64,000 bases of DNA from Thermoanaerobaculia bacterium (GCA_963719225.1 CAVRAY010000001.1:1952001-2016000), one strand, 5' to 3'; positions 30,201-40,106 are shown, numbered from the stretch's first letter. Numbers and translations are program-made. Notes: a model not told the origin generated them from the sequence alone.

Positions 30201-30371
30201 GCGGCCGGCACTTCCGTCCCGGTCTCCACCGCGATCAGCTACCGTACGGGCCAGACCCGGGCGAACAACGCCATCGCGGCTCCCTCCACGTCGGGCGCTC
30301 TCGCCGTCTACGCCAACCAGCCGAGCGGAACGGTGCAGGTCATCCTCGACGTGAACGGGTACTTCAAGTAG
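27225..30371 (+). CDS. Secreted GloVer-type tandem-repeat (beta-propeller) protein with Ig-like and TPCRLADTR C-terminal domains
   Basis: 14 repeats of DGxxYGTT..GG...GTVF; signal peptide; C-terminus FPVTPCRLADTR...VILDVNGYF. Confidence 0.88.
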   Translation: MPFKVFRLKYPVRSLALGVCALVALCAAAPARAQTYEIVTAFTVPAAQPVAGLVQGTDGFFYGTTRGGGASSGGTVFRIDSAGNLTTLHTFSYEDGNDPEAGLIQASDGSFYGTTYGGGAHGFGTVFKIDSAGDLTTLHSFAGDDQSTSGNDGGHPVAPLVQAPDGNFYGTTSSGGLSFNDLGTVFKMTPAGTVTIIHSFTGGPSDGVYPVAGLVYSSADAKLYGTTQVGGGGSGMVFRLSLDGSNFADLHNFVITDGAAPSAALVAANGKFYGTTKSGGSAGFGTIFSIDVPGTFAVLKHLGAADGHAPTAPLFLAGDGKLYGTTTAGGTNDLGTTFKVDFAGTLTTLHPIAAGEGSTPLGGVVQGSDGNFYGTARDGGAFGGGTVFKMTSAGALTKIYDFGGSSTGYEPESGVLQANDGNLYGTTFWGGPGNFGTIYKLTFAGTRTIVHNFSGADGSAPWAKLIQLSDGKLYGTASRDGGSHWGTAFSVTLAGTFSLLHSFNGTDGLGPRDAALVLRPADGMLYGTTEGGGTGLGNAFKMSTAGAVTSIHAFNLTDGAYPSDGLLLGTDGNLYGTTASGGAAVAQGNVIKITPAGAVTVLHEFNHTQGADDDGMWPVGGLIRATDGKFYGTTRAGGANTAGNVFRIDAAGTYASIHSFSGSDGSEPYGNLLQASDGRLYGTTLTGGAHGHGTVFSIDTAGTDFSSLHSLTLEEGAGPRGGLIQASDGKVYGVTGGGGPGKAGVVFRLTLAGCTPPAPPTAGNNGPKCAGQTLQLTASTIGGATYAWTGPNSFTSALQNPSIAAATTAASGTYSVRATVAGCTSAAATTTATVNPLPSPAITAPSPLCPNVTGQVASVPAAGPGATYAWSIVNGTITAGSGTRTITFSAGASGSVTLNVTVTSASGCASSGSLPIPISTSCGSASRFFPVTPCRLADTRNPTGPLGGPALAAGAQRSFPLTGTCGVPAGTRALSLNVTITSPTSAGDLKLFAAGTSVPVSTAISYRTGQTRANNAIAAPSTSGALAVYANQPSGTVQVILDVNGYFK

Positions 30372-31245
30372 CGGTCTGTCGTGCCCGGCCGAACTTCGCG
30401 TAGATCGCGTTCCCGAGCGGCACCGCCACGAGCGCGAGTGCGAAGCCGCCGATGACGTCCGCGACGTAGTGATAACGGCAGTAGACCGTGGCGAGGATGA
30501 GGCCGACGGCGAACGGCAGGAACGCCCAGAACGTCTTTTTCGAGCGGCGATATGCCTCGAGGAGGATCGCGACGAGGACCATCGTGTGGCCTGACGGGAA
30601 GCAGTCCCGCTTGTTCTTCTCGAGGACGTCGAGGGTGTGATCGATCGCCTGTGAGATCGCGCCCCGCGGGAGCGGTCCGGCGTGCACGAGCGTGTAACGG
30701 GGCCCGGTCGCGGGCACGAAGAAGTAGCACGCGTAGCTGACGTAGAAGACGAAAACGATGACGAACGCGTAGCGCGGAAAGTCGCGCGTTTCCGCCGGGC
30801 GAGCCCGGTCGTCGAGGAGCACGAGCGTCCCCAGAATGATCGGATGGAAATAATAAAGGGCGTAGAAGATCGTCAGGACGTCCGAGAGGAACGGCGTCGC
30901 GATTGTCTCGAGCACCACCGTGGGGTCCGTTCCGAACATCGCGCGGTCGAGGGCGATGAGCGTGGCGTCGTAGTCGACGGGGTGCACGGCGCGGATGAGC
31001 GGGCCGAGCCCGTCGAAGATCGCGACGACGCAGCCAATGATGTAGTAGTCGAAGAGAATCCGAAGATTCTTAGAAGGTGAAGAGACGCGCGCGCGCATGA
31101 AGGCGATGCCCGCGGGTACCGCCGCGACCACGATCATCCTCAGAAGAACTCCTCGGTCCTCGAGCGCATCGATGCGCACGAGGCCGGCGAGAAAGAGAAG
31201 GGATGCGAAACCTGTCGTCAAAACGTCGACCGGCTTCCAACGCAT
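30364..31245 (-). CDS. PAP2-superfamily membrane protein, Aur1/IPC-synthase-like
   Basis: D..LIALDRAMFG, FYALYY, YFFVPATGPRY, DCFPSGHT, YCRYHYVADVIGG. Confidence 0.8.
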   Translation of the reverse strand: MRWKPVDVLTTGFASLLFLAGLVRIDALEDRGVLLRMIVVAAVPAGIAFMRARVSSPSKNLRILFDYYIIGCVVAIFDGLGPLIRAVHPVDYDATLIALDRAMFGTDPTVVLETIATPFLSDVLTIFYALYYFHPIILGTLVLLDDRARPAETRDFPRYAFVIVFVFYVSYACYFFVPATGPRYTLVHAGPLPRGAISQAIDHTLDVLEKNKRDCFPSGHTMVLVAILLEAYRRSKKTFWAFLPFAVGLILATVYCRYHYVADVIGGFALALVAVPLGNAIYAKFGRARQTAT

Positions 31246-31278
31246 CCACGCGTTCTAGCACGAACCTATAATGCCGCC

Positions 31279-32565
31279 GTGCGCTCCTGGGCGTCGGTCC
31301 TCTTGTTCTCGGCCTTCACGGTCCAGGGCGCGCCGCGTCCCGGTAAGGTCGTCGTCATCGACCTCGACACCCAGATTCATGCGGTGAGCGCCCGGTTCGT
31401 CTCGCAGGCGATCAAGGAGGCGGAGAAAGCCGACGCGAAGCTCGTCATCATCCGCATCGATACGCAGGGCGGCCGGCTCGATTCCACGCGGGTGATCGCA
31501 CAGGCGATCCTCGCCTCTCCCGTGCCGGTCGTGGGGTGGGTCGCTCCTCCCGGGTCGCAGGCGGCCTCCGCCGGTTTCATCGTCCTCATGTCGTGCGACG
31601 TGGCGGCGATGGCGCCGGGCACGAACGCGGGCGCGGCGTCGCCCGTCGGCGGCGGCGGAGAAGACCTTCCGAAGACGATCGCGAAGAAGGTAGGTGAGGA
31701 CGTCTCCGCGCTCCTTCGCTCGGTGACCGAGCCCCGCGGCCGCCCGGTGGACGACGCGGTGAAAGCCGTCAGCGATGCAGCGTCGTATTCCGAGACCGAA
31801 GCGGAGAAACGAAAGCTGATCGAGGTCGTCGCGCGCGATCTTCCGGATCTCCTCGCGCGACTCGACGGGCGAACCGCCAGGCGCGTGGGCAAGCCCGACG
31901 TGGTCCTGAAGACCGCCGGCCTCGCGGCCGAGGTCAAGGAGATGACGCGGCGCGAGAAGTTCCTCGGCGTCCTCGCGAGCCCCGCGCTCGCCGGCATCCT
32001 CTTTCTCATCGGGCTCGTGGGTCTCTACTCCGAGCTGTCGCACCCGGGCGGGATCCTGCCCGGCGTCCTCGGGGCGATCTGTCTCCTCGTCGCGCTCTTC
32101 GCGATGTCCGTCCTGCCCGTGAACGGAGCCGGGATGGGCCTCCTCGTCCTCGGAGCCCTGTTCTTCTTTCTCGAGATCAAGCTCGCGTCCCACGGCGTCC
32201 TCGCCGTGGGCGGCGCCGTCGCAATCGTGCTCGGCGCCATCCTGCTGTTTCCCGACCGGCCCGGGGCGCCGCGCGGCGAGCTCGCGACGCTCGTGGCGGG
32301 CGCCATTACGACCGCCGTGATCCTGGCGCTCCTGTCCTTCCGGGCGCTCGCCGTGAAGCGGCTTCCGGACCGCACGGGCGCTGGCGTGCTCGTGGGCCAG
32401 ATCGTCGCGGCGCGCACCGCCCTCACGCCGACGGGCAAGATCTTCGTCGATGGCGCGATCTGGGAAGCGCGCTCGACCGCGCCCGTCGCCGCCGGCGAGA
32501 ACGTCGAGATCACGGGTCTCGACGGCTTGTCCGTGCTCGTTCGCCCCGCCCCGAAAGGGGCTTAA
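31279..32565 (+). CDS. nfeD: NfeD membrane-bound serine protease (ClpP-like N-domain)
   Basis: IDTQGG, AASAG, MAPGTNAGAASPV, TM bundle, C-terminal OB-fold GKIFVDGAIWEA. Confidence 0.92.
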   Translation: MRSWASVLLFSAFTVQGAPRPGKVVVIDLDTQIHAVSARFVSQAIKEAEKADAKLVIIRIDTQGGRLDSTRVIAQAILASPVPVVGWVAPPGSQAASAGFIVLMSCDVAAMAPGTNAGAASPVGGGGEDLPKTIAKKVGEDVSALLRSVTEPRGRPVDDAVKAVSDAASYSETEAEKRKLIEVVARDLPDLLARLDGRTARRVGKPDVVLKTAGLAAEVKEMTRREKFLGVLASPALAGILFLIGLVGLYSELSHPGGILPGVLGAICLLVALFAMSVLPVNGAGMGLLVLGALFFFLEIKLASHGVLAVGGAVAIVLGAILLFPDRPGAPRGELATLVAGAITTAVILALLSFRALAVKRLPDRTGAGVLVGQIVAARTALTPTGKIFVDGAIWEARSTAPVAAGENVEITGLDGLSVLVRPAPKGA

Positions 32566-32574
32566 GGAGACTCG

Positions 32575-33339
32575 ATGTCGAATCTGCCGATCCTCATTCC
32601 GATCGTCTTCGTCGGACTGGTTTTCCTGTCGAAGTGGATCAACGTCCTGAACGAATACGAGCGGGCCGTCACGTTCTGGCTCGGGCGCCTCTCGCCGGCC
32701 CCGAAGGGCCCTGGCCTGACCCTCATCTTCTGGCCGTTCGAGACGATGGTGCGGATCTCGCTCCGCACGGTGGTCCTCGACGTGCCGCCGCAGGACGTCA
32801 TCACGCGCGACAACGTGTCCGTGAAGGTGAACGCGGTCGTTTACTTCCACGTCATGGATCCGGCGAAGGCCGTCGTGAAGGTCGAGAACTACCTCTACGC
32901 CACTTCGCAGCTGTCCCAGACCACGCTCCGGTCGATCCTCGGCCAGGCGACTCTGGACGAGCTGCTCTCTTCCCGCGACAAGCTGAACGAGAGCCTGCAG
33001 GAAATCCTCGACAAGCACACGGACCCGTGGGGCATCAAGGTTACGATGGTCGAGCTGAAGGGCGTCGACCTGCCGATCGAGATGCAGCGCGCCATGGCCA
33101 AGCAGGCCGAGGCCGAGCGCGAGAAGCGCGCGAAGATCATTCACGCCTCCGGCGAGTTCGAGGCTGCCAAGCAGCTGTCGGAAGCGGCCGCGATCATCGG
33201 CCGCGAGCCCGCCACGCTTCAGCTTCGGTATCTCCAGACCCTCACGGAGATCGCAACGGAGAAGAACTCCACGATCATCTTCCCGCTGCCGATGGACCTC
33301 ATTTCGGCATTCCTGAAGAAAGGCGGGACCCCGGGATGA
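32575..33339 (+). CDS. SPFH/band-7 stomatin-like (slipin) protein
   Basis: [53 protein letters not shown]. Confidence 0.95.
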   Translation: MSNLPILIPIVFVGLVFLSKWINVLNEYERAVTFWLGRLSPAPKGPGLTLIFWPFETMVRISLRTVVLDVPPQDVITRDNVSVKVNAVVYFHVMDPAKAVVKVENYLYATSQLSQTTLRSILGQATLDELLSSRDKLNESLQEILDKHTDPWGIKVTMVELKGVDLPIEMQRAMAKQAEAEREKRAKIIHASGEFEAAKQLSEAAAIIGREPATLQLRYLQTLTEIATEKNSTIIFPLPMDLISAFLKKGGTPG

Positions 33340-34031
33340 CGGCTCTAGGGCTTTCGGAAGGCCCGGAGGAACGACAGGACCGGCCGCCCGTCCATTACCA
33401 GATCTCCGTCACGGGGCGGCAGGCCGCTTTCTTCTTCCTCCTCCTTCTCGTCGCTCTCGCGCTCTCCTTTTTCTTCGGGATGAAGACGGGCGCCGCGGCG
33501 CGGAAGGGTCCGGGCGCAGTTGCGACTCTGGCAAACGCGTCAGATCTTCCCGTTCCGACGATGGCACCCTCGGAAAACCCCCGCGAGGAGAAGAAGCCTT
33601 CCGAGGAGACGCTCGGGTTCGCGGCCGACAAGCGTGCGGCGCTGAAGGAAACGGCGGCCGCGCCGACGCCGGCCCCCGCGCCCACCGCGATGCCGACGAA
33701 GCCTCCCGCGCCGACCGCGCCCGCGCCCGCGCCCGCGAAGGAGACCCCGCCAAAAGCGGCGTCGGCGAAAGCCGCACCGGCGAAGGCTGGGCCGAAAGGG
33801 CCGTTCTGGGTCCAGGTGCTCGCGACGAAAAAAGCCCAGGCCGCCGACGAACTGATGAAGCGGCTCAAGGGGGAAGGCTTCGCGGCGGACGTCTCGGCCG
33901 TGCCGGGTAAAGACGGCTGGTTCCGCGTACGCGTGGGCCCGTTCAAGGAACGCTCCAAGGCCGAGGCGACCGCGCGGAAGATCAAGTTGACCGACAAGCA
34001 GATCAAGAACACGCCTCTGGTAGTGCCTTGA
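33336..34031 (+). CDS. SPOR-domain (FtsN/DedD-like) membrane protein
   Basis: ATGA-coupled start; TM helix, Pro/Ala linker, FWVQV...WFRVRVGPF. Confidence 0.85.
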   Translation: MTALGLSEGPEERQDRPPVHYQISVTGRQAAFFFLLLLVALALSFFFGMKTGAAARKGPGAVATLANASDLPVPTMAPSENPREEKKPSEETLGFAADKRAALKETAAAPTPAPAPTAMPTKPPAPTAPAPAPAKETPPKAASAKAAPAKAGPKGPFWVQVLATKKAQAADELMKRLKGEGFAADVSAVPGKDGWFRVRVGPFKERSKAEATARKIKLTDKQIKNTPLVVP

Positions 34032-34909
34032 GCCGTCCTCTTCCCGTTCGCGGAACGCCCGCCCTGCCCGTCTGGATTCGCGAAAAGAAGCTGCGGCTCG
34101 CCGACCTCCACGAAATGAAGGCGCGGATGCGGCGCGGGAGCCTCTCGACGGTCTGCGAGGAGGCCCGCTGTCCGAATCGTACCGAGTGCTTCGAGAGGAA
34201 GACGGCCACGTTTCTCATCGCGGGCGACGTCTGTACGCGTGCCTGCGGCTTCTGCCACATCACGTCCGGCCGGCCCGCGCCCCTGGATCCCGACGAGTCC
34301 GTACGCCTCGTCCGCGCCGCCAACGAGATGGGGATCCGGCACATCGTGGTGACCTCCGTGGATCGCGACGACCTCCCCGACGGCGGCTCGGCGCATTGGG
34401 CGGCAGTCGTCTGGGCGCTGAAGCAGGACGACGCCGCCCGGACGGTCGAGGTCCTGACGCCGGACTTCCAGGGAGCCGCGGACGCGATCGACCGTGTCGC
34501 CGATTCCGGTCCGGACGTCTACAACCACAACGTCGAGACCGTTCCGCGTCTCTACGACACGGTCCGGCCGAAATCTCAGTTCCGCCGCTCGGTTGATCTT
34601 CTCGCGAGGGTGAAGGCGCGCCATCCCGCGATGACGACGAAATCCGGCCTCATGCTCGGCCTCGGGGAGAGAGACGAGGAGGTCGTGGAGCTCTTTCGCG
34701 CACTGCGCGGCGCCGGCGTCGACGTGGTCACGGTGGGGCAGTACCTCAGGCCCTCCGCGTGGAACCTCCCGGTCGTGGAGTACGCGACGCCGGAGCGCTT
34801 CGCGGGGCTCGAGGCGCGGGGGATGGAGATGGGCTTTGCAGCCGTGTTCTCCGGCCCCTTCGTCCGCTCGAGCTACCGGGCGGAAGAGTTCGCGCCGAAG
34901 AGAGATTGA
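34028..34909 (+). CDS. lipA: Lipoyl synthase
   Basis: TVCEEARCPNRTEC, CTRACGFC, TSVDRDDL, NHNVETV, VRSSY. Confidence 0.97.
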   Translation: MSRPLPVRGTPALPVWIREKKLRLADLHEMKARMRRGSLSTVCEEARCPNRTECFERKTATFLIAGDVCTRACGFCHITSGRPAPLDPDESVRLVRAANEMGIRHIVVTSVDRDDLPDGGSAHWAAVVWALKQDDAARTVEVLTPDFQGAADAIDRVADSGPDVYNHNVETVPRLYDTVRPKSQFRRSVDLLARVKARHPAMTTKSGLMLGLGERDEEVVELFRALRGAGVDVVTVGQYLRPSAWNLPVVEYATPERFAGLEARGMEMGFAAVFSGPFVRSSYRAEEFAPKRD

Positions 34910-35053
34910 TCTTGCTTAGGACCCGAGCGTCTGGCGACGGAGGGCGCGCGGAGACAGGTTCCCGCCTGTTCCGGGGACGTGGCCCGATTTCTTCGATGGA
35001 GGATGTTGCAGTTCGCGTGTGCGCCGCCGGGCGCCACGCGGCTCGGCCGCCGC

Positions 35054-36607
35054 ATGTTGCCTCTCTTACCTTCTAAGAAAATCTCCCGTCTTTTCTTCTC
35101 TCTCGCTTCCGGCGTCCTTCTGGCCCTCTGTTTCCCGAATTTCTCGATTCTTCCTCTTCTCCCCGTCGCGCTGATTCCGCTGCTCGCCGCGCTCGATGGC
35201 GCGCGGCCTCGAAACGCCGCGGTCCTCGGCTACGCCTTCGGGCTCGCCTTCTGGATCGTCACGATTCCCTGGATCGCGTACACGGTGCACCGATTCGGAG
35301 GCGTGCCGTGGGTCGTGGCGGGACTCGCGCTCGTGCTCGCCGCGGCCATCTGCGCGGTCCCGATGGCCGTCCTGGGGCTTCTGTACGCGTGGGCGGCGCC
35401 CCGCACCGCCGCCGGCGTCGTGGCGACGTTCGCCGCGGCGTGGGTCGTCCAGGAGTTCTTTCGCACGACCGTCTGGATCTTCGGCGGTTTTCCGTGGGCT
35501 CTCCTCGCGAACCCGCTCGCCGACGTCCCGCAGCTCCTCGGCACGGCCGCTCTCGGCGGCGTTCTCCTGTCGTCGTTTCTCGTGGCCTCCTTGAACGCCG
35601 CGCTGTACGTCGCGCTCACGAGACCCGCCCGGAATCTGCGGCTGGCGTGGCTCGCCGGCGCGGCGCTCGCCGCCGTGATCGCGGGGGCGGCCAGGCCCGG
35701 CCGCCCGGCGGCTCCAGTCGAGTTCCTGAGGGTGGGCGTCGTTCAGCCGAACGTCCCGCAGGACCTCCGCTGGGAGGCCGGCACCGCGGAACGGCTGCTC
35801 GCCGATCTGGAGGACCAGACGCGCGGCCTCTGTCACCACGGGCGGCCGGCCCTCGTGCTGTGGCCCGAGAGCGCCGCTCCCTATTCGTGGTCTTTCACAC
35901 CGGCTTTCCGCGAGCGGGTCGTCGCGCTTTGTCGAGAGCTCGACATCGCGATCCTCTTGAGCACCGTGTGGTCGGACGCGCCGGACGACCCGGGCGCCCC
36001 GTTCTACAACGCCGCTCTCCTCGTGACGAAGGACGGACCCGTGACGCCGCCCTATTTCAAGCAGCGGCTCGTGCCCTTCGGCGAGTACGTCCCGATGGCC
36101 GGCCTCCTCCGGAGGATCAGGCCCATCAGCCGCGCGGTGCCTTCGGCGTTCACACCCGGCGCCGGACCGGCTCTCCTGAGGCTCGGCACCTGGAGGCTCG
36201 GCGGCGCCGTGTGCTACGAGGTCGTCTACCCGTGGATCGCGCGGGAAGAGACGCGGGCGGGGGCCGACGTCCTCTTCACGCTCACGAACGATGCGTGGTA
36301 CGGCCGGGCCGGCGCTCAGCGGCAGCACTGGCAGTCGGCCGTCGTGCGCGCGATCGAGACGGGGCGCCCCCTCGTGCGCGCCGCGATCACGGGAATCAGC
36401 GGAGCCGTGGACGGAAGCGGGCGCGTTCTCGTCACCCTCGGCCCCGACACGAAAGGCGCTTTCGCGGTGCCGCTCGAGCGGCGCGCCGCGCCTGCGCCCG
36501 CGGCCGCCGCAGGCGACGCGGCGGCCTGGGTTTGCACGGCGGGGCTGGTGGCCGGTATTCTCCGTGCGCGGCTTCTCAAGCCCCGAGAGCCCGCGGCGGC
36601 CGGCTGA
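35054..36607 (+). CDS. lnt: Apolipoprotein N-acyltransferase
   Basis: GGFPW, VQPN, LWPES, YNAA, YFKQRLVPFGEYVP, VCYE, TNDAWY, RAIE; start uncertain. Confidence 0.95.
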   Translation: MLPLLPSKKISRLFFSLASGVLLALCFPNFSILPLLPVALIPLLAALDGARPRNAAVLGYAFGLAFWIVTIPWIAYTVHRFGGVPWVVAGLALVLAAAICAVPMAVLGLLYAWAAPRTAAGVVATFAAAWVVQEFFRTTVWIFGGFPWALLANPLADVPQLLGTAALGGVLLSSFLVASLNAALYVALTRPARNLRLAWLAGAALAAVIAGAARPGRPAAPVEFLRVGVVQPNVPQDLRWEAGTAERLLADLEDQTRGLCHHGRPALVLWPESAAPYSWSFTPAFRERVVALCRELDIAILLSTVWSDAPDDPGAPFYNAALLVTKDGPVTPPYFKQRLVPFGEYVPMAGLLRRIRPISRAVPSAFTPGAGPALLRLGTWRLGGAVCYEVVYPWIAREETRAGADVLFTLTNDAWYGRAGAQRQHWQSAVVRAIETGRPLVRAAITGISGAVDGSGRVLVTLGPDTKGAFAVPLERRAAPAPAAAAGDAAAWVCTAGLVAGILRARLLKPREPAAAG

Positions 36608-36652
36608 CCGATCCTCCAACTCGAACCGTGCGCCGCCGAGAGGAAGTTCCAC

Positions 36653-37802
36653 GTGAACGAAGAACGCATTGAGCGCCTGCTCGAACTCGCGTCGTCCGTG
36701 AGCGCCCTCCGGGGCTATCTTTGACGTCCGCAAGGCGGCGAAAGAGAAGGAAGAGCTCGAGCGGAAGACCGGCGAGCCCGGCTTCTGGACGAACGCTCTC
36801 GAGGCGCAGGAGACGCTGCGCAAGCTGAAGCGCGCCGAGCGCGTCCTGGACGACGACAAGGACCTCAAGGAACGACAGGACGAGCTCGAGATCCTCGCGG
36901 AGTTCCTGCGCTCGGGCGAAAAGGTGGAGTCGGACGCCGACCAGGCGCTCGCCACGATCGGCCCCTGGGCGCGCCACAAGGAGCTCACCTTCAAGCTCAC
37001 GCACGACGAGGATCCGCTGCCGGCGATCGTCGAGATCCACGCGGGCGCGGGCGGGACGGAGGCGCAGGACTGGGCGGAGATGCTCATGCGCATGTATCTC
37101 CGGTACGGGGAGCGGCGGGGATGGAAGACGGACGTCCTCGAGGCGACGTACGCCGAGGACGCGGGCATCAAGACCGCGACGCTGCGCTTCGAGGGGGAGT
37201 ACGCGTACGGACACATGAAGGCCGAGCGCGGCGTGCACCGGCTCGTGCGCATCTCGCCGTTCGACGCCGCGGCACGGCGCCACACGTCTTTCGCCGCGGT
37301 CTACGTCTCGCCGGAGATCGACGACACGATCCAGGTCGAGATCGGCGACAAGGACCTGAGGATCGACACCTTCCGGGCCGGCGGCAAGGGCGGACAGCAC
37401 GTCAACAAGACGGAGTCGGCGATCCGCATCACGCACCTGCCGTCGGGGCTCGTCGTGCAATGCCAGAACGAGCGTTCCCAGCACAAGAACAAGGACGCGG
37501 CGATGAAGGTCCTGAGGTCGCGTCTCTACCAGCGCGCCCTCGAAGAGCGCCAGGCGAAGGACGCCGAGCGCGCCGGCACGAAGATGGAGATCGGGTTCGG
37601 ATCGCAGATCCGTTCGTACGTTCTCGCGCCCTACAGGCTCATCAAGGACCACCGCACGAACTTCGAGGTCGGAGACGTGGACCGGGTGCTCGACGGGGAC
37701 CTCGACGGCTTCATCGAGGCGTATCTCCAGACTTTCGTGAAGAGAGGCGAGAAGGCCGCCACCGAGCGGCAGGGGTTCGGCGCGCCCGACGCGGCTCCAT
37801 GA
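36653..37802 (+). CDS. prfB: Peptide chain release factor 2 with programmed +1 frameshift
   Basis: GTG at 36653, 23 codons to GGGGCTATCTTTGAC (CTT TGA C at 36719-36725), then the +1 frame with SPF and GGQ motifs. Confidence 0.96.
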
Positions 37803-38428
37803 CGGATACGGACGGCGCGTACAGCCCCTGGATGGAAGAGCTGAGGACGCGTCTCGGCCGGGGCTTTGCTCCGCGGGCCCGCACTTCCGAGAGGGAAGAC
37901 GAATCCCGTCCGCTTCGTCAGGCGGCGGTGCTGATTCCGCTCTACGTGCGGGGGAAGGGCCTGTGGACGCTCTTCACGAAGCGGACGGACATGGTCGAGC
38001 ACCACAAGGGCCAGATCTCGTTCCCGGGGGGCGGGAAATCCGACCGGGACGCGAATCTCTGGGAGACGGCGACCCGCGAGACGGAGGAGGAGATCGGCGT
38101 CCCGCGCGCGAGCGTCCGCATCCTCGGCGTCCTGCCGAAGCTCGAGACCGTCACCGACTTCGAGGTCTCGCCGTTCGTCGGCGCGATTCCCTATCCGATC
38201 GACTTCGCGCCGCGCGCGGGCGAGGTGGAATCCATCATCGAGGTTCCCATGTCGTACCTCCTCGATCCGATGGTCGTCGAAGAGCGTGCCGTGAAGTGGA
38301 AGGGCCGGGACGTCAAGACGCTCGTCTACCACTACCGCGGCCATGCGATCTGGGGCGCGACCGCCCGCATCCTCGCGGACCTGCTGGCCGCGATGCGGGA
38401 CGAAGGCGGCCTCGTTTCACCGGGGTGA
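37799..38428 (+). CDS. Nudix CoA pyrophosphatase (NudL-like)
   Basis: AAVLIPL, LFTKR, HKGQISFPGG, ATRETEEEIG, IWGATARIL. Confidence 0.92.
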   Translation: MTDTDGAYSPWMEELRTRLGRGFAPRARTSEREDESRPLRQAAVLIPLYVRGKGLWTLFTKRTDMVEHHKGQISFPGGGKSDRDANLWETATRETEEEIGVPRASVRILGVLPKLETVTDFEVSPFVGAIPYPIDFAPRAGEVESIIEVPMSYLLDPMVVEERAVKWKGRDVKTLVYHYRGHAIWGATARILADLLAAMRDEGGLVSPG

Positions 38429-38446
38429 CGTCCGGCAGGCCGGCGC

Positions 38447-40093
38447 TCAGCGTTCGGCGACCGTGAGGCCCGACCCCTTCAGGAATGCGGCGGCCGCCAT
38501 GGCCTTTTCACGGTTCGCCTTGTAGAGCGCCGAGTCCGGATCCTTCGCGAGCGCCTTCTCGAAGAAGGTCACCGCCTCCTCGTACCGGCCGCGCTCGTAG
38601 GCGATGGCGCCGGCCTCGTCGTCGAGCAGCCCCTTGTCGGGGGCGGTGGACCGCGCCAGGCTCTCGGCAGCTTCCTTCAGGGCGCCGGTCTGCCGCAACG
38701 CGCGGGCGAGCGCCCATGCGCCTTCGAGGTTCGCCGGGTCGCGAAGCACGGCTTTCCGGAGGGGCTCGACCGCCTCGGCGGCCTGTCCGCGCTCCAGGAG
38801 CAGCGAGCCGAGGCCGCGCAGGGCGGGGGCGTAGTCGGGATCGGAGCGGATCGCCTCGCGGTATTCCTTTTCGGCGTCCTTCCAAAGACCTTTTTTCCGA
38901 AGCGCCGAAGCGAGATTGGCGCGCACGATCTCGCGGTCCGGGTCGGCGGCCGCTGCCTTCATCAGCGGATCGAGCGCCGCGTCGACGTCGCGCGCCTGCA
39001 GGAGAACGATCGCGTATTCGGTCAGCACGGAAACGTCCTTCGGAGACGCCGCCGCTGCGGTCGCGAAGACCTGTCGGGCGTGCGCGAGATCTCCCTCCGC
39101 GTAGGCCTTCCGGCCGAGGGCGAGAAGCCGGGCGCCGTTCTGGGGATTCACCGCGGTGGCGCGCCGAAGGGCATCGAGGGCGGCCTCCCAGTTCTTGTCC
39201 CCGATCGAGAGCTCGTAGAGGTCGAGCAGCGCCCCTTCGTTCTTGTCGTTGTACTTGAGCGACTGCCTGAGCGTCGCCTCGGCGAAGGCCCTCTCCCCGC
39301 GCAGCGCATAGGCGTTCCCGAGGAGGCGATAGGCATCGCTCGACTGCGGGTCGATCTCGAGGAGGCGGTTTGCCGCCGACTGGGCATTCAGAGCGTCGCC
39401 GCGCGCGAGGGCGGCGCGGCCGAGAGAGAGGTAATCCGTCGCTGGTGCAGCAGGGGCGGCCGCGACGACGCCGGACTGAGGCCGCGCACCCGTGGGCGCA
39501 GCAGGGGAAGCCTTCGGAGAGTCCGGCCCGGAGGCGCGAACCTTCGCGGCCTCGGTGAACTTTCCCTGCTTCTCGTAGGCCTGCGCGAGGATGTCGAGGG
39601 CCTCGGCGTCGAGCTTCTCGCGCGGGACGTTGTAGAGGAGGTCGTGGATGACGTCCTCGGTATTGCCGTCCGCGAGCTTCTCCTTCGCGACACGTTTCAT
39701 CTCCCCGAGGTCAGCCTGGGGAGACGGCATCGCGGCGCGCGCGGCCGTGCTCACCTCCCCGGCGAGCTTGACGAAGTCCGGCGAGTAGAAATCGGGCACG
39801 ATCTCGAAGTCGGGGAGGGCGCCGAACGCGCGTCGAAGTGCCTCCTGAGCCTCGGATTTCTTTCCGTCGTTGAAGTGCGCCCAGGCGGCCTGGACGAGCA
39901 TGCGCGAGCGGCGACGCGGATCGCTCGCCGCCGAGGCAGAGCTCTCGAACTTGAGCGCGGCCTTCCGGAACTGGCCGGCGTTGACGGCCTTGCGCGCTTC
40001 CTTCTCGAGCGCCTCGGAGCCCTCCTGGGCGACGAGAGGCGCACCAAGGAGGAGAACCACCCCGACCGCTACGAGGATCAGGCGCGTCCGCAT
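38447..40093 (-). CDS. Secreted tetratricopeptide-repeat protein
   Basis: Signal peptide; multiple TPRs (A...DP...A...LG). Confidence 0.85.
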   Translation of the reverse strand: MRTRLILVAVGVVLLLGAPLVAQEGSEALEKEARKAVNAGQFRKAALKFESSASAASDPRRRSRMLVQAAWAHFNDGKKSEAQEALRRAFGALPDFEIVPDFYSPDFVKLAGEVSTAARAAMPSPQADLGEMKRVAKEKLADGNTEDVIHDLLYNVPREKLDAEALDILAQAYEKQGKFTEAAKVRASGPDSPKASPAAPTGARPQSGVVAAAPAAPATDYLSLGRAALARGDALNAQSAANRLLEIDPQSSDAYRLLGNAYALRGERAFAEATLRQSLKYNDKNEGALLDLYELSIGDKNWEAALDALRRATAVNPQNGARLLALGRKAYAEGDLAHARQVFATAAAASPKDVSVLTEYAIVLLQARDVDAALDPLMKAAAADPDREIVRANLASALRKKGLWKDAEKEYREAIRSDPDYAPALRGLGSLLLERGQAAEAVEPLRKAVLRDPANLEGAWALARALRQTGALKEAAESLARSTAPDKGLLDDEAGAIAYERGRYEEAVTFFEKALAKDPDSALYKANREKAMAAAAFLKGSGLTVAER

Positions 40094-40106
40094 GCGCGGA
40101 TTGTAG

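Noticed and set aside
33650-33790. CCG/GCG-rich low-complexity repeats (also 40570-40670)
   Set aside because: They encode Pro/Ala/Thr linkers of the SPOR and kinase proteins.
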